A stretch of 59,629 bases of DNA, filler included, from Dirinaria sp. TL-2023a (Eukaryota): assembly GCA_051941275.1 (NCBI GenBank). It is 6 parts of 6 records of this genome, joined end to end, with 100 filler letters (N's around TTAATTAATTAA, not from the genome) between each part and the next. Parts side by side here need not be neighbours in the genome. Positions count along the whole stretch, not along the records: positions 19,961 to 29,804 come from JAVEBF010000997.1; positions 29,905 to 39,747 come from JAVEBF010000998.1; 4 more parts are not named here. The stretch is one strand, 5' to 3'. The notes under the pieces are model-generated. The model did no database searches and was not told the DNA's origin. It saw only the letters and a program-made list of their open reading frames with translations. Made by a program: the position numbers and the translations under genes. Numbering within the stretch: the stretch's first letter is position 1; every line of letters starts with the position of its first letter. Below are positions 22,594 through 35,715 of the stretch, in pieces.

Positions 22594-25271
22594 ATGGCGG
22601 ACCCCTTTTCAACCTTCGCTGGCGCTGTCTCGGTTTTTGACGTGGCCATCAGGTCCTGCAAAGGCCTTCATAACGCTAGCCATGCCTATAAAGATGCGCC
22701 TCAAGAAATCGGGCAGCTATGGGACACCATTAGGAACCTAGAGTCTGTCTTGCGTAATCTAAGGCTCTGGGTCGTCGAATACCAATCTTCAAGATTTGCC
22801 ACTCAATTCCATGAGCTCTTACCAGCAGCTGTGAACGAGTGCACAAACGAACTCAACATATGTCGAGAGGAGTTGAACAAACTTCTCCCAAGCCAAGACG
22901 AGAGCCGCCAACTCAAAGAACGATCCAGGTGGGTCCTACGCAAGCGGAAGATAGTAAAGCTACAACAGCGCTTGGATGCGCAACAAAAGACTCTGGATCT
23001 ATGTCTACAGACTGTCACGCAGTGAGTGCATTTCTCTCGTTCAATGATTTTCTCGTCGCTGCTATTCTACAGTTCTATGATACTATATATTCAGAACAAA
23101 AATGAAAAACACAATTGCTTTGTAAATTCTCATTAATTCTCGACTACCAGGAGAACCCACTTAAAGATTCACTCCGAATTAGGAAAGTTGGGGAGTTTTC
23201 AACAAAAGGCGCTGGAGCACAGCGATGACTTGCAAGAGAGTCAGAACACGATTAGCCTGCAGCTGATTGGTATTAAGCGAAACGTGGATTCTTCGACCAC
23301 TGATAACAAGCATTTGAACGCAGCAATTGGCTCGGTAGTCAACAATCAGACCCAAGACTCTCAGAAGTTAGACAACATTATGAACACCCTGACCCATCTT
23401 CAACTCGCCAAGGGATGCATTGACAGCGATACAGTACGAGAAAATTTGACAGTTGATTTGCTGACCCGAATAATCCGAACTGAAATCCGAGGATCTATGA
23501 TACCTTTGATGGAGAAAACTTTCCAGAAGTGCAATGCAAGCAATGATCAGAAGCTCGATGGCCTCTGCCAGAGCATTGACTTGTTGAGCGCAGATGTAGG
23601 AAGCAGATTAGCTGCCCATCAAGAGCAACAGTCCTGCTCCATGGATCATAAAGATATGGCTCGATCGCAGGATCAAGGAACACATTCTACGGAGAATTTT
23701 GACACGCCTTACATCTTTCCGGAAAGCAACACAATTACATCCCCAAATCAGGACAAGCGGATCAAATTCTGGAATTTTGGATGGAAAATGGCACTGCCCA
23801 TCGGCACGTTCTCGGTTCGTGTTACACTTCGTACCAAAACTGAGGCCAAAGTCATTGCACAAGCCTACAAGATACACAAGGGTCCATTTTCACGAAGATA
23901 TCACTTTGCTATAATCTTCCAGCCGGCGGAAAATATACTTAGAATGGGGGGTTTTCTGTTGCTGTACAAGATGAAACAAGATCAGCAGTCCACCTACCCT
24001 GCACTTTGTCCTACAGTCACTTTGTTCAATGTCATACCTCGGGATGCCGACATATTCCACTGTATTCGGAAGAACAATATAGACGGCTTGAAGAGGTTAC
24101 TCATGGAGCGGAAGGCTTCACCTAATGATCGTGATCCCTCAGGCATGACTGTTCTTGATGTAAGTCACAGGTATTAAATAAGCTCAAATTACATGCTTAG
24201 ACTAGGAACAGGTCGCGGCTGGATATGGCGATATTGAAGCTTGCCAAATACTCCTTGACCAAGGCGCTAATCCAGATGAGTAATATTTTGCGATCATTAA
24301 TCATATAAGCGATTACTAATGGATCTTGTAGTAGAAGCTTGATGCGCGCCATATATGGTATATATACCTATAAGCATTTCCGTAAGAAACATGAAGTCTA
24401 CAAAAGCGATGAAGATTACATTGGGGTCATTAGAATCTTGGTGAATAGCGGCCTCGAAATTTCCAGTGCGTTTGTCTGGGCTGTCACTATGATTGCCTTA
24501 ACTGGAGCTGCAAAAGTGGGTGATGAGAGAACTAAAAATATTTGCTGTTCCCTACAAGAATTGGGCCTAGATCCGAACGATGAGTTTCACTGCTTTGATC
24601 TACGAGATTTTACAAGAGACGAGCTGCTTATGATTTTGTGCGAAGGGAGCGCTCTGCCTTGGCCTGGATTTTATGCGGCCGTAGATTTGCTTTGCTCAAT
24701 GGGTGTGGATACGAACGCGATGAGCCATGGACTTCGACCCCTTCATGCTTTGTTCTGTCACACATGGCCAGAGGAGCTTGCTGGACATGTGCTCGATGTG
24801 GCAGTGCTTCTTTTGGCACACGGTGCAGATCCGTGCGCTCTCGACATTCGGGGCGGTTCCGTGCTCTCTAAGGCTGTTCTTTCAAGCCAGGTAAACAAAT
24901 TTACCGAGGCACTCTCAAGATCAAACATGGATTTCAGCGACATTGCCGAGGAGAGTCAGCGGCGCCAATGGCACTTCCTCGACCCTGCAGCGGAAAGTAC
25001 AGCAGTTGAGCACAGTGTGTCCGAGGGGCCTTCCACCAAGGGTCTGTCGCGAAGGAGGGTCACTCTACGCCGTGATGAATGGGCAGATGGAAGCCCAGAA
25101 AGATACTTCAAAGACAATATAAACGGAGGTTCTTCAGAAGGCATTAACCGTTTGATCCGTCAAATTCTAGAAGAGCAGTCTCTAGTGGTATCTCTGCTCC
25201 AAACGCTCAAACTGCAAAGATATGTGCTCGGAATGGGTTTAAAGAATATCGGATGTCAGGTTCCTGCTTGA
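22594..25271 (+). CDS. HeLo-like (fungal STAND N-terminal) domain plus ankyrin-repeat protein; exons 22594-23021, 23151-24159, 24212-24279, 24332-25271
   Basis: N-terminus MADPFSTFAGAVSVFDVAIRSCKGLH...KDAPQEI..L...L..L is typical of Helo_like_N. Ankyrin-like segments: ASPNDRDPSGMTVLD-VAAGYGDIEACQILLDQGANP and LLLAHGADPCALDIRGGSVLSKA. Intron phases are consistent. Confidence 0.82.
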
Positions 25272-27743
25272 AAACGTTTTTCTCAGCCGATTTCTAGGAG
25301 TGATATAGAAACACATTTCTGTCATAGCCATAGGCAATAATCTACCCGATCAGTAAAGCTAAAGTCCTCACCAGCCGCCAACACAAAGATATCTCGAGAC
25401 CGCAACAATATGATCTCCAGATTTATTATATGTATGCAATTGAGCAGCGCTATCCCACGAAAAAAAAAAAAAAAGGAAAAAAAGGAACGGGCTTGCGCAA
25501 GTTAGTAAAATAGGCCACCTAGGAGATAGCTCTAGAGAAGCACTATCTCGCCGGTCCCTACGTTTCTAATAATCTATTTCGATCGAGCTTTCATACACAT
25601 CACCATAGTCTCCCTTCCCATGAGCAGGCACAACCTAAAATCGAAATAAGTCACATTTAAGAAAGTGGGGAAGGTAGACAACGTCTTGTATTCGACATCT
25701 GGTTTGCACTCATGAAGCTTTTCCCGTCGCGCTCATCCCAGAAAGGCTATTGAAGCATAGAGCACAAATAATATCAAGACAAAAGTGAACTTCATCTAAG
25801 AACGCCAAAGATGCTAGATACAACATCACCGTGCACAGCAGACCAGCCTCTACTAAATGTCTCAGAAGGGAGATCTTGGCCTAAACAACTGGCGCAGATC
25901 TTGAGTAAATGCGGTTGGATAAGAGATATAAAACTGGGAGTAGAAATCCTAAAGTACAGAATATCCCATACTCGCTGGGTTTTTCTACAATCTTGACAGC
26001 TAAAGCAAAATTAGATTCGAGGTTGGAGGCAGGGAGGAGGGATGAGTCTCATATGAGCATTTGGGAGGTTGAAAAGTTTTACAAAGGCCAATTGTGGAAA
26101 ATGGAAGACCTCGAGCAGTAGTTGGATTCAACGGTATGTATGCTCATTTTTTGTTCTAGTGTCTTTAAAGGCTCTGTAGAGCGCTTGGTGTATGGATATA
26201 AGATATCTTACAGTGACGAGAGCAGAATTAGATGGGTTCGAAAGATTTCTTTGGCCTTTGTTTTTTAATTTCTTTTTTTTTTTTGGGCGGGTGTTTTTGT
26301 GAGTAAAGCATCTTCGACTTAGCTATGTACCTCATCCATCCGATTAATCATCTGATGGTAATGAGAATTTGGTTGGGGCGCGGAGCTAATTTCCTAGTTG
26401 CTCTTTTCCCTATGCCATCGAAGACCTGAATTCAGACGTTTGAGCTATGCTCTCTCATCAAAAAGTTCGAGATGCAATCACTGATACTGGGGCGGTACAA
26501 CAAAAAACGCAATGATAATTCCAATGTTTCCACTCCAAGCTTATTTGATTAAGATTGAACATGTGAGAAGGAAATACTAATCGCCTGGAAAAATATATTC
26601 ATTCCGCTGGCCGATGTCAAAGTCATAGAGATTCAGCGCGAAGATTTCAATACCAAGACATCCCAGGCTAAGATTTTTCATACGCTGTTATTAACAAGAC
26701 TTCACCAGAATTCTTCTCAATCCACTCGATTTAAATCCCTTCAGTTGAAAAAAGATTACGTCGGAACATCTTTCGATTAACACGTTCGACTCGCGCTCCT
26801 CGATCCGTAGGATCTGTGTATTATGAAACTGCGATTATCAGTGCTAAAGTCTGCGAAAGGCGTGGAATTTCTTTGGTTAGAAGGGTCGTGATTGTAAGAG
26901 ATGTAGACTTACAAGAGATGTTTTACTACGTTGATATTACCCGTTGGGTCAAGGTTATGAGTAGATGCTATTAGAGAAGAGGAGACTGTGAGAAAGTGTG
27001 GTGATAAAGGTATAGGTGAGGAAGTACTAAGTTGGCGGAGTTTTGAAATTGACAACATGTAGTCTATTTCTTCCTAGGTAAGGTAGATACATGTGTTTCG
27101 CTGATTCCTAGCGCCTTGGCACGGCGCTAAAAGTCCGCGCTCCAGTATCAATTCCAACTTCTACTACCACAATGTTTTTTTCCAACAATAGTAGTCTACG
27201 CCAGGTGCGCGAAACATGAGCTCAAGAGGGGCGATGCTTGTGTTTATTATAAGGTTGGTGTATTCTCTCGTTTCACTTATCTCCGGACCTTGATAGGTTT
27301 TAGTCCCGTAACGGCAGTTGCGGCTCATGTGAACGCCATCCACAGCAGGAACAGGAATTGTTATGCATTAAAGTGACCAGTAATACATGGCACTCCGTGT
27401 TTTACATGCACCACCGCTTTGACTTTCATGGCTTTATGCATTCCCGAAAGCTGCGATTGGTTGCCTGGGTTCGCCTCAAACGCCGTCAGGACCCAATCGC
27501 AAAGAGGCGTATACAGATTATAATGCTGTATGCGGTACGTGGAAAAGTTTTATGAAGGATGTTGCACTGAAAAATACTTTGCCTCATGAGCTTGCTGCCG
27601 AATGTTTCACTGTGCTATCAGGACAAAATTATGCTTCTTCAATCAAACCCCTCCCTCTAAACGCCCCCTCCCCGTCCTCTCCCGTTAGACGGCTTTCAAC
27701 CACAGTCTCCCCTCTTCCACCGATTCAAAGCCAAGTATTTAAA

Positions 27744-29360
27744 ATGCCACTGCCATCCTCTCCTCGGTTTTCGACACTCGAACTCGCTCGCCATGATGCC
27801 TCTGCTGGAGCTCCAGAAAGAGACCATGCCATTGTTGCGCCGGAGAATGCTAGAGAGCTCGACGCTCCACAGGTCTGTGTCTGGTTATCGTTCGACATCC
27901 TAGACTGATCCCGAGCGCAGGTTGCTTTCATGTCTGGTCTAGAGACATTTTATAGTAGCGATCTGCCAGAGGTCGTAGATGACCGAAAGAATGAAGTCGA
28001 AACCCAAAACACTAATCATGTCGAACCCGCTCCTCATCTTCTGTCTCGCAGGCTTAAAATTATCTCAGTCGCTGTTACGGTGGCCATTATTGCCGCGTTA
28101 GCACTCGGAGTTGGCCTTGGGGAGCGTATGAAACACAAGAATCCTAGGACTGTTACTTCAAGGTACATCCTCTGGCGATTCACGTCTTATACTTAGAATA
28201 AACATTTCAAGTAGTGTCTCTTCGGCTGCCATCGCTGAGCCAACGATCCTTCCCCGACAAATACTCGCGGATACGTCTCTAGCAGTCGCGGGATCTCCAA
28301 ACGGCGACGGTCGCCTGTTCTTCCAAGACCAGTCCGGAACTGTTAGGGAAACCATTTACTCTGCATGAGCCGGTGGTTGGAGGGGAGCTTCAAGCTTGGT
28401 TGTAACTTCTGATGCTAAAAACTACACGCCCATTGCGGTTGTAGACTCGATACTGGATCCGGAGACAGATATTTCAGGAGTAGGCTACTCAATTGGTGAC
28501 TATACTCGATAGGCTAATTGGATCAAGCCCGCAGCATTCTACATATCTAAAAATAACAGTCTTGCCTGCGCACTTTTTGACACTACCCAGTGGACTGACG
28601 AGAGTCATTATCCTGGAGGTGTTTGTTCTAGCGGTCTCTCGAGGTATACCGTTGCCGTAGACTCTCGACATTTATCAGCCACCGTAGCATCAGCCAATCA
28701 GATGCAGTATGTGCTCTTGCTATATGAAGCTCCCTCCGGGGCTGCGGTCATGCTAAATGGATCGACTGTAATTAGCGGTTCGGATTCAGTGCCCTGGAAA
28801 TGGGTGGACTCGAGGGACTTTGAGGGTTCCTTGTTCGCCTCACACGTTGATAACAAAAATATTAGTGCTCCCTTCTGGATTGGCTCAGATACCCTTGATT
28901 TCGTAGCGTGGTTCGCCGTCAAAGACCGAGCTAGACAGTCAACTTATACACTTACGAGTGTTCAAACTATGAATGATGAAATTTCGCCCGGTGACATTTT
29001 GGGTCAGTATCAATGACTATGAACCAGGATCTGTCTCTAATCCGTCTAGGGGCCGGTTTCATGAACGTCAGTAACTCATCAATTGGAGACTGCGATCTGG
29101 TGATACATCTCGACGACGACAGTGCGGGCGATGTCATATGGGTGGACGGTGGAGGATTGAATGGTTCGGACCTTGGCTCAGTCTCTAGCACTCAACTCAG
29201 CACTTCGTTCCCATATGTAAGGCTCGCTAGCTTCCAAAACTTCAACGGTTCGGAATTTTCACTCTACCACCAGATGAATGCCACGACTTTTGCCCGCCAC
29301 GAATTGGATGGAACCCTTGAGATCTGGCACTCGGAGAACATCACTGTGGACGTTACATGA
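27744..29360 (+). pseudogene. Single-pass membrane protein with lectin-like beta-rich ectodomain, interrupted by in-frame TGA at 28366-28368
   Basis: TM segment IISVAVTVAIIAALALGVGLG, then ILADTSLAVAGSPNGDGRLFFQDQSGTVRETIYSA*AGGW...DAKNYTPIA; later FYISKNNSL, LLYEAPSG and FPYVRLAS..YHQMNATTF. Four GT-AG introns otherwise keep frame. Confidence 0.7.
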
Positions 29361-29804
29361 AACAGTGCCCGGCACATCACATATCACGAGATCGAGCTTG
29401 ATCTACTGTCAAACTGTCTACACGGCCACTCATCTGTGCGTTATTTGGTACCGGGCATTCACGTGGAAGCATGCTACGCACAGACATGCATGAGGGAATC
29501 TTTTGGTAGACTTCGCGGATTCAGGTGCAGGTATTTTATCTAGTTTTGTCAGCATTTTTCCTTCTGATATATCTATGTTCATACCTATAGATTCGTTTGG
29601 AAATGAATATCCAATCCAGTTCATCCATTGAAAAAACAGAGGGAAGAAGAACACAAACTCAAAGATCAAAGATCAAGGACACATCCATCTTCCAGCACCG
29701 GCCCCCTTGGGTGACTTGAGGCCTCGTAGAAGCCTATTCATGAACTATCTCAGCTCATGACATCTACAAACCCCCCTCCCCAGAGGGATACCACGCCAAA
29801 ATGC

Positions 29805-29904
29805 NNNNNNNNNNNNNNNNNNNNNNNNNNNNNNNNNNNNNNNNNNNNTTAATTAATTAANNNNNNNNNNNNNNNNNNNNNNNNNNNNNNNNNNNNNNNN
29901 NNNN
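29805..29904. other. Artificial contig linker
   Basis: N44-TTAATTAATTAA-N44. Confidence 0.99.
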
Positions 29905-29973
29905 GTTTTCATCTTGTAGCTGTGAATCTGCATTTCTGATCTTGTCTCCAAAGAGCCCTCCGAACCTAGAAAG

Positions 29974-31236
29974 ATGCCGTCAAACGGCTACACAAGTAAA
30001 GTACGTGTACTCGATCGGTACAAAGTGGTTGGCTTTATAAGCAGCGGGACATACGGCCGTGTCTACAAGGCTATTGGTGTCAACGGGCAAAGTGGAGAGT
30101 TTGCTATAAAAAAGTAGACTTTTTAGTACTGTATTCATCTTTCTTTATTACTAAGAACGCTTAGGTTCAAACCAGATAAAGAAGGCGAAATCGTCCAGTA
30201 CAGCGGCATCTCACAGTCCGCGTGTCGAGAGATGGCTCTATGCTCAGAGCTAAATCATCCGAACGTTATCAATCTCGTGGAGATCATCCTGGAGGATAAA
30301 TGTATCTTTATGGTTTTCGAATATGCTGAGCATGACTTGCTCCAAATTATCCAACACCACACACAGCCTACGAGGCATCCTATTCCTGCGTCGGCTATCA
30401 AGTCCATAATATTCCAATTACTGAACGGCCTATATTATATTCATAGCAGCTGGGTCCTCCATAGAGATCTGAAGCCGGCCAACATAATGGTCACTTCGAA
30501 AGGCGAGGTGCGCATCGGTGACCTAGGCCTTGCGAGGCTTTTCTATAAGCCCCTTCATTCGCTCTACAATGGGGATAAGGTAGTTGTTACGATCTGGTAT
30601 CGAGCACCGGAACTCGTCCTGGGCAGCAAGCACTACACGCCAGCAGTAGATCTGTGGGCGGTAGGATGCATTTTCGCTGAGTTGCTATCGTTACGACCCA
30701 TTTTCAAGGGCGAAGAAGCCAAAATCGACAATAAAAAGGCGGTGCCTTTTCAACGAAATCAGATGCAGAAGATCGTTGATATACTCGGTATGCCCACGAA
30801 AGAAAAATGGCCAGGCCTGGTCCATCAACCGGATTTCTCGCAACTCCATACACTCTCATATCAAGGGCTCCATGGCAACAACAAAGCTACTGGACTTGAT
30901 GCGTGGTATTGGAACGCTTTACGTACCTCGAATTATGAAGCCGGAACAGCTGCTGGTACACCCGGCCAGCAAGGTTTGGATCTTCTAGCCAAGCTCCTGG
31001 AGTACGACCCAACCAAGCGTCTGACGGCGCAAGATGCACTGCAACATCCTTACTTCTCCGCGAACGGGGAGAAGGTGACGGCTAACTGCTTTGAAGGCAT
31101 GACCATGCAATACCCGCATCGGAGAGTGAGCCAAGATGATAATGACATTAGGACTAGTAGTCTTCCGGGAACGAAGAGAAACGGTTTGCCGGACGACAGC
31201 TTTGCTGGGAGGCCCACGAAGAGAATCAAGGACTGA
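29974..31236 (+). CDS. SSN3: Mediator cyclin-dependent kinase Ssn3/Srb10/CDK8; exons 29974-30113, 30165-31236 (an extra upstream exon is possible)
   Basis: GFISSGTYGRVYKA, AIKKFKPDKEG, GISQSACRE, HRDLKPAN, DLGLAR, GDKVVVTIWYRAPEL and PFQRNQM are all CDK8-specific. Confidence 0.97.
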
Positions 31237-31928
31237 GACCTGGAAAATCGAATTACTGGTAGTTGCTTGTGTCGAAACGCATGAACCATAACAATCCTGT
31301 GATGAATCTGCAATGACAATCGACCGAAGTCAATCAAAGGCTAGCCCACATAGCCAACATGCTTCCCAAATATGCTTCACGAATAGTAAACAGTAGCGGA
31401 AATGGCATCCTATTAATTGTGAGTATCAATCGTAATTTACCAATTTAGAGACTGATCTAGGCCGAGGCATGGAAAGACGAGCAAGAAACATAAGGTATGA
31501 CTGCGGCGGCGGCGGGGATGGCGGCCGCGGAAAAGGGGGGATTGGACCGGCTAGGCCGGATTCGGCTAGACCCGCCCTTGGCCCCTGTCACCTGTAGACC
31601 ATTACCTCTGCCCTGGTCCGGAGGACGAATGAAGGGCATTCTCGCATTGAACGATCGTACAAGGCTCCTGTCCCTGATCTACTGCTTCTCGCTGCGCAGG
31701 TCAACTATATTCGCCTTGCTTACCTAGATGAAGGACCACCCTCCCCCTCTGAAAAGCATCAGTTCTGTGGGGCTGAGCCTCGCCTGAATAATCCTTCGCC
31801 GAGCCTCGTGAATTGGTCATTTACAACTGACAGCAGCCTGTTCAGGATACCACGTCACCATCCGACACCGCGTTTATCATTGACATGACCTTTTAGCGAC
31901 TGCGCTCAGAACCAGTGACTCCGCATGG

Positions 31929-33702
31929 ATGACCAAAGATAATCTCTCACCTGCGGTGGGCAACATTGAGGCCAACTACCCGTCGAGCACGCCAACCCCT
32001 ACCATTAATACTCCTCCCTCTGGCGATTCTAGTCCACGATCTCGCTCACGGCCTCAATCACGGAAATCATCACCTTTTAGAACAAGCTCAGCACACTCCT
32101 CTAGCCACAGTCCTGCCTTGAATGATCGGAAGATCTCTTCCGGTGAGGAGGACGTTGACTTAGCTGACGAAGAGATGGCGGAGCGAGACTTGAGGTCTCC
32201 ACTACACAGGCCTACCGATGGGCGGTCGCATGTGCCTTTGCTGAAAGATGAGGGGGGAAGACAGTCCTACGATGGCCCAAACGGAAGTGCACGGCCTGGA
32301 ACTGGGGTGAGAAGGTCGACATTCCAAAGCATAAGCCCAGATACGGAGGGCTCCGCTGCAACGAAAAAGAAATATACTATCGCGGCCTTTTTTCTGGCAC
32401 TAAGCTTGGTCACCTTTGTCATTCAGACTGAGACAGCCGAGTACATACAACATGAGCTTGGATGGAAAAAGGCTTACGCTATGTTGTGAGTGCATCTTCA
32501 CGCACTCAAGGGCCGACGGAGTCGAAACTAATACGCAACCTTTCAGATATCTCACTCATGGTTCCTGGTCTCTCCTCTGGCCAACGCAGCTTCTTATTCT
32601 CCGATTGCAGAACTGGAAGACCCCCTGGAAAGCCTTCTGGCGGCGTCACGTGTACATCGTTCGTACAACCGCACAAATGGTCGAATCCCAAGATCTGCAT
32701 CTTACTACGCGTGAAGCTCAGAAGTCACCTGTAGCGTACATTCTACGCAAGACAGCATTCGTGACCACAGCACTCACGGTAGCGGGTGGGTCTTGGTACG
32801 TGGCCATTGATTTGACTTCCACGAGCGATTTGACAGCTATTTACAATTGCTCTGCATTCTTCGCATACGCCTTCAGCATTCCCCTCCTGGGAGATAAGCT
32901 TCGCCCCGATAAGATCTTCTCCGTCGCGGTCGCTATAGCCGGTGTGCTAATTATAGTATATGGAGACTCTTCACCCACTAAGCAAGGCGGCAAATCCGGA
33001 GGCGTTGTAGGGGGCGGTCCCACTCCTGATGCCAACGAAGAAGCTCGCAATCGCAGTCTGGGCAACGTGATTATAGGAGTTGGTAGCGTGCTCTACGGTC
33101 TGTACGAGGTGCTGTATAAAAAGCTGGCGTGTCCGCCTGAAGGTACAAGTCCGACGCGGGGGATAATCTTTGCGAATACGTTTGGGAGTTTGATAGGTTG
33201 CTTCACACTTTTTGTGCTCTGGTTTCCGTTGCCAATTCTGCACATCACGGGATTGGAGAAGTTCGAGCTGCCACATGGAGAAGCCGCATGGATGCTCTTC
33301 ATCTCTGTGCTTGCCAACGCAAGTACGTTACCCTATATTAATGAGTTAGCCATCTCTTTACGGAGACAGCCGCTGACCTTATCTAGGTTTCTCCGGTTCT
33401 TTCCTCGTTCTCATTTCTCTGACCTCACCTGTCCTCTCCTCCGTTGCAGCCTTGCTCACCATATTCCTGGTGGTCATTGTGGCTTGGTTTCGGACCGGTG
33501 TGCCGCTGTCTGGGGCGGCTATCATAGGGGGGCTTTGTATCGTTGCAGCATTCTGTCTGTTGAGCTGGAGTACATACAAAGAACTGGAGGAAGAAAGACG
33601 GAAAGCGTACGTTCTTTTCGATAATCTGATGATGCACCAACGGTATACTAACAAATATACAGATTGGAAGATCAAACGATATTGAGCGACGAAGATGAGT
33701 AG
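31929..33702 (+). CDS. EamA/DMT (SLC35F-like) membrane transporter; exons 31929-32485, 32547-33322, 33387-33607, 33663-33702
   Basis: Multiple TM helices; motifs FVIQTETAEYIQHELGWKKAY.MLYLTHGSW, DLTAIYNCSAFFAYAFS, SVLYGLYEVLYK and LTSPVLSSVAALLTIFLV. Introns are canonical. Confidence 0.9.
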
Positions 33703-34112
33703 ATGTGCATAGATATTATACCCATTGATCATAGTCCTCTTGAGTGAGGAGTAGGGCATGGCATGGCGTTTTCGAGCGGTATAAGTTCCAATCACTTTAT
33801 CTGGGCTTGGCTTGCTCGCTGCTTCCCACCAACCTTGGATAGCATCTGAGTCTTAAATAAAGCAGCATTTCTCTCACGGACGGAAAATAGCTTTCCCCCC
33901 CACTTTCTTTTTTTGGACAGGGTTGATCCATGACTCTGAAATGCCGAAACCTGAGTAAATTAAAAGCTTCCAAAGTCGGTTAGACGGATACAGGCCTCAG
34001 TCCAAAGCAGCGTGTTTTCAAAAAAGCGCGCCATTCCACAGAATACGGCACAACGACGGCCGGCCACAGCCCGCCATCCACCTTCCCGATCCGCCTTCTC
34101 GGCAAATTATGA

Positions 34113-34340
34113 TCAAGTCACCACAGTCGCCCTCCTCCTCCGTCTCCTCAGCCCTCCCCATCCCCTCCTGAAACGCGGCGTCCCCGTCGTCGAGACACTA
34201 ACATCGGTAGGCCGTCTGCGGAAGCGCGAGAACCTCGGAAACCGCGCTCGGGCTCGGTTGCGGTGGATCCCGTTGTGGTCGACTGTCACGCCGTCACCGG
34301 GGTGGCGGGAGGTGAGCGGGCGGCGGTAGGAGAACGGCAT
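34113..34340 (-). CDS. Candidate small Arg-rich protein (75 aa; possible upstream in-frame start at 34502)
   Basis: MPFSYRRPLTSRHPGDGVTVDHNGIHRNRARARFPRFSRFRRRP...GLRRRRRRATVVT*; GC-rich island with A at -3. No recognised homology. Confidence 0.4.
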   Translation of the reverse strand: MPFSYRRPLTSRHPGDGVTVDHNGIHRNRARARFPRFSRFRRRPTDVSVSTTGTPRFRRGWGGLRRRRRRATVVT

Positions 34341-35715
34341 CTTCCTCCGCGTCGTCGTAGTAGAGCGGCGGGTGGGTTTGGAGGATGGGTTGTTGGTCAG
34401 TGGGGTTTGAGATGTGGGAGAAGGTGCAGCAGATGGGGTTGGTGTTGGTGATGGGCTGGGAGGTATTAGAGAGAGGCATGTGAGTGGGGGTTGCCAGGGC
34501 ATTTTGGGTAGGTGAGAGTACGAGTACGAGTACGAGTACGAGGACTGTTCCGTTAGGTAAGGTTCTGAGAGGATGCTTCGCTTTGTGGGAAGGCTGCCGT
34601 GAGGGTTTGGTATATGGGATTATGAGTTGCTTGCTGTAAGAATAGGTTTGGGGTTGTGCATGTTTAAAGGAGAAGATGGTCACGAGGGGTGGGAGCTTTT
34701 GAAGTGATGGGAAGCAGATGTCAGATAGGAGACATGGTGGGAAGGAGCATTGCCATTATTGAGTAGGAAGGACCATCCAATTGTACAGAGACCTTTCTTC
34801 TACCCTTACATAGAATGAGATTACCTACCATAAGGTACCTTATGCTCAAGTACGATACATCTTCAGTATATGATCAAGGATGTGGATATCACTAGGAGCC
34901 AGCCATATCGTCCTTTGGTAGCGTGGCGAGCATATGATTTGAATGCGTATGAAAGATTCTCATCGAAGCCGGATCGAAAGCTGGCAATCTGATTAGCAGG
35001 CGTCGGCATCAATCGACGCCTAATCGTGATCCGACATAGACTTGTCCAATAGTTGGTATGGTGGTCAAGATTGCGTTGTATGAGAAGTACCTTAGCGAGG
35101 AATACATACGAGTACATACAGCACTCGTACAGTACATTAGGGCTCCTGCTGCAGCTACACCACCCGATCCTTTTGGCAGACCACTATTCATGTCAGATTT
35201 GTAGGTGAATTGGAGTCCTAAGTATGTGTAATTTGTGCTCGATTGCCTAAAACTAAAGGAAGAACTTTTGTGGGCATTGAGAACCCAGGGTCTGCTGACT
35301 AATCTAAAGTCTAACCGCTTTAGTCAAAACATCCTTGGCATTTTGTTAGTGGTGGTGAGTTTTCTACCTTACAATTCATAACTACCTTACTTACTCTCGT
35401 CTATCGATGCCTTCTTTCACAGGCCAATGCTTTGAGATTAAAATTGCCAAAGTTAGATAGTTTTTTGGTTGCGGCCTTTAAAATTTAACGATTTGGGGAT
35501 TTGGTAGTGGAACTTGCCTTACATTAACCGGTACCTTAGGCTATGACGTGAGCTACTCAAGACGACCTAAGGGCAAGTCCGTCGACTACTCCTTTCACCG
35601 AACTTTTAGATATATATTCCGAACTACCTCAGAAAGATCTTCGAAAATCTGATCACCACCACTGAAATAGGCTTATACTCAACATCCTGACCTGAGACAC
35701 CATACAATCTGGAAT

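Noticed and set aside
25300..27350. AT-richer 2-kb gap as a RIP-mutated transposon
   Set aside because: No TE protein motif or terminal repeats recognised, and RIP indices cannot be computed here.
31497..31928. TPP riboswitch upstream of the EamA/Thi74-like transporter
   Set aside because: GC-rich, but the conserved TPP aptamer segments (CTGAGA and the TGAT..GGATAAT..CG core) were not found.
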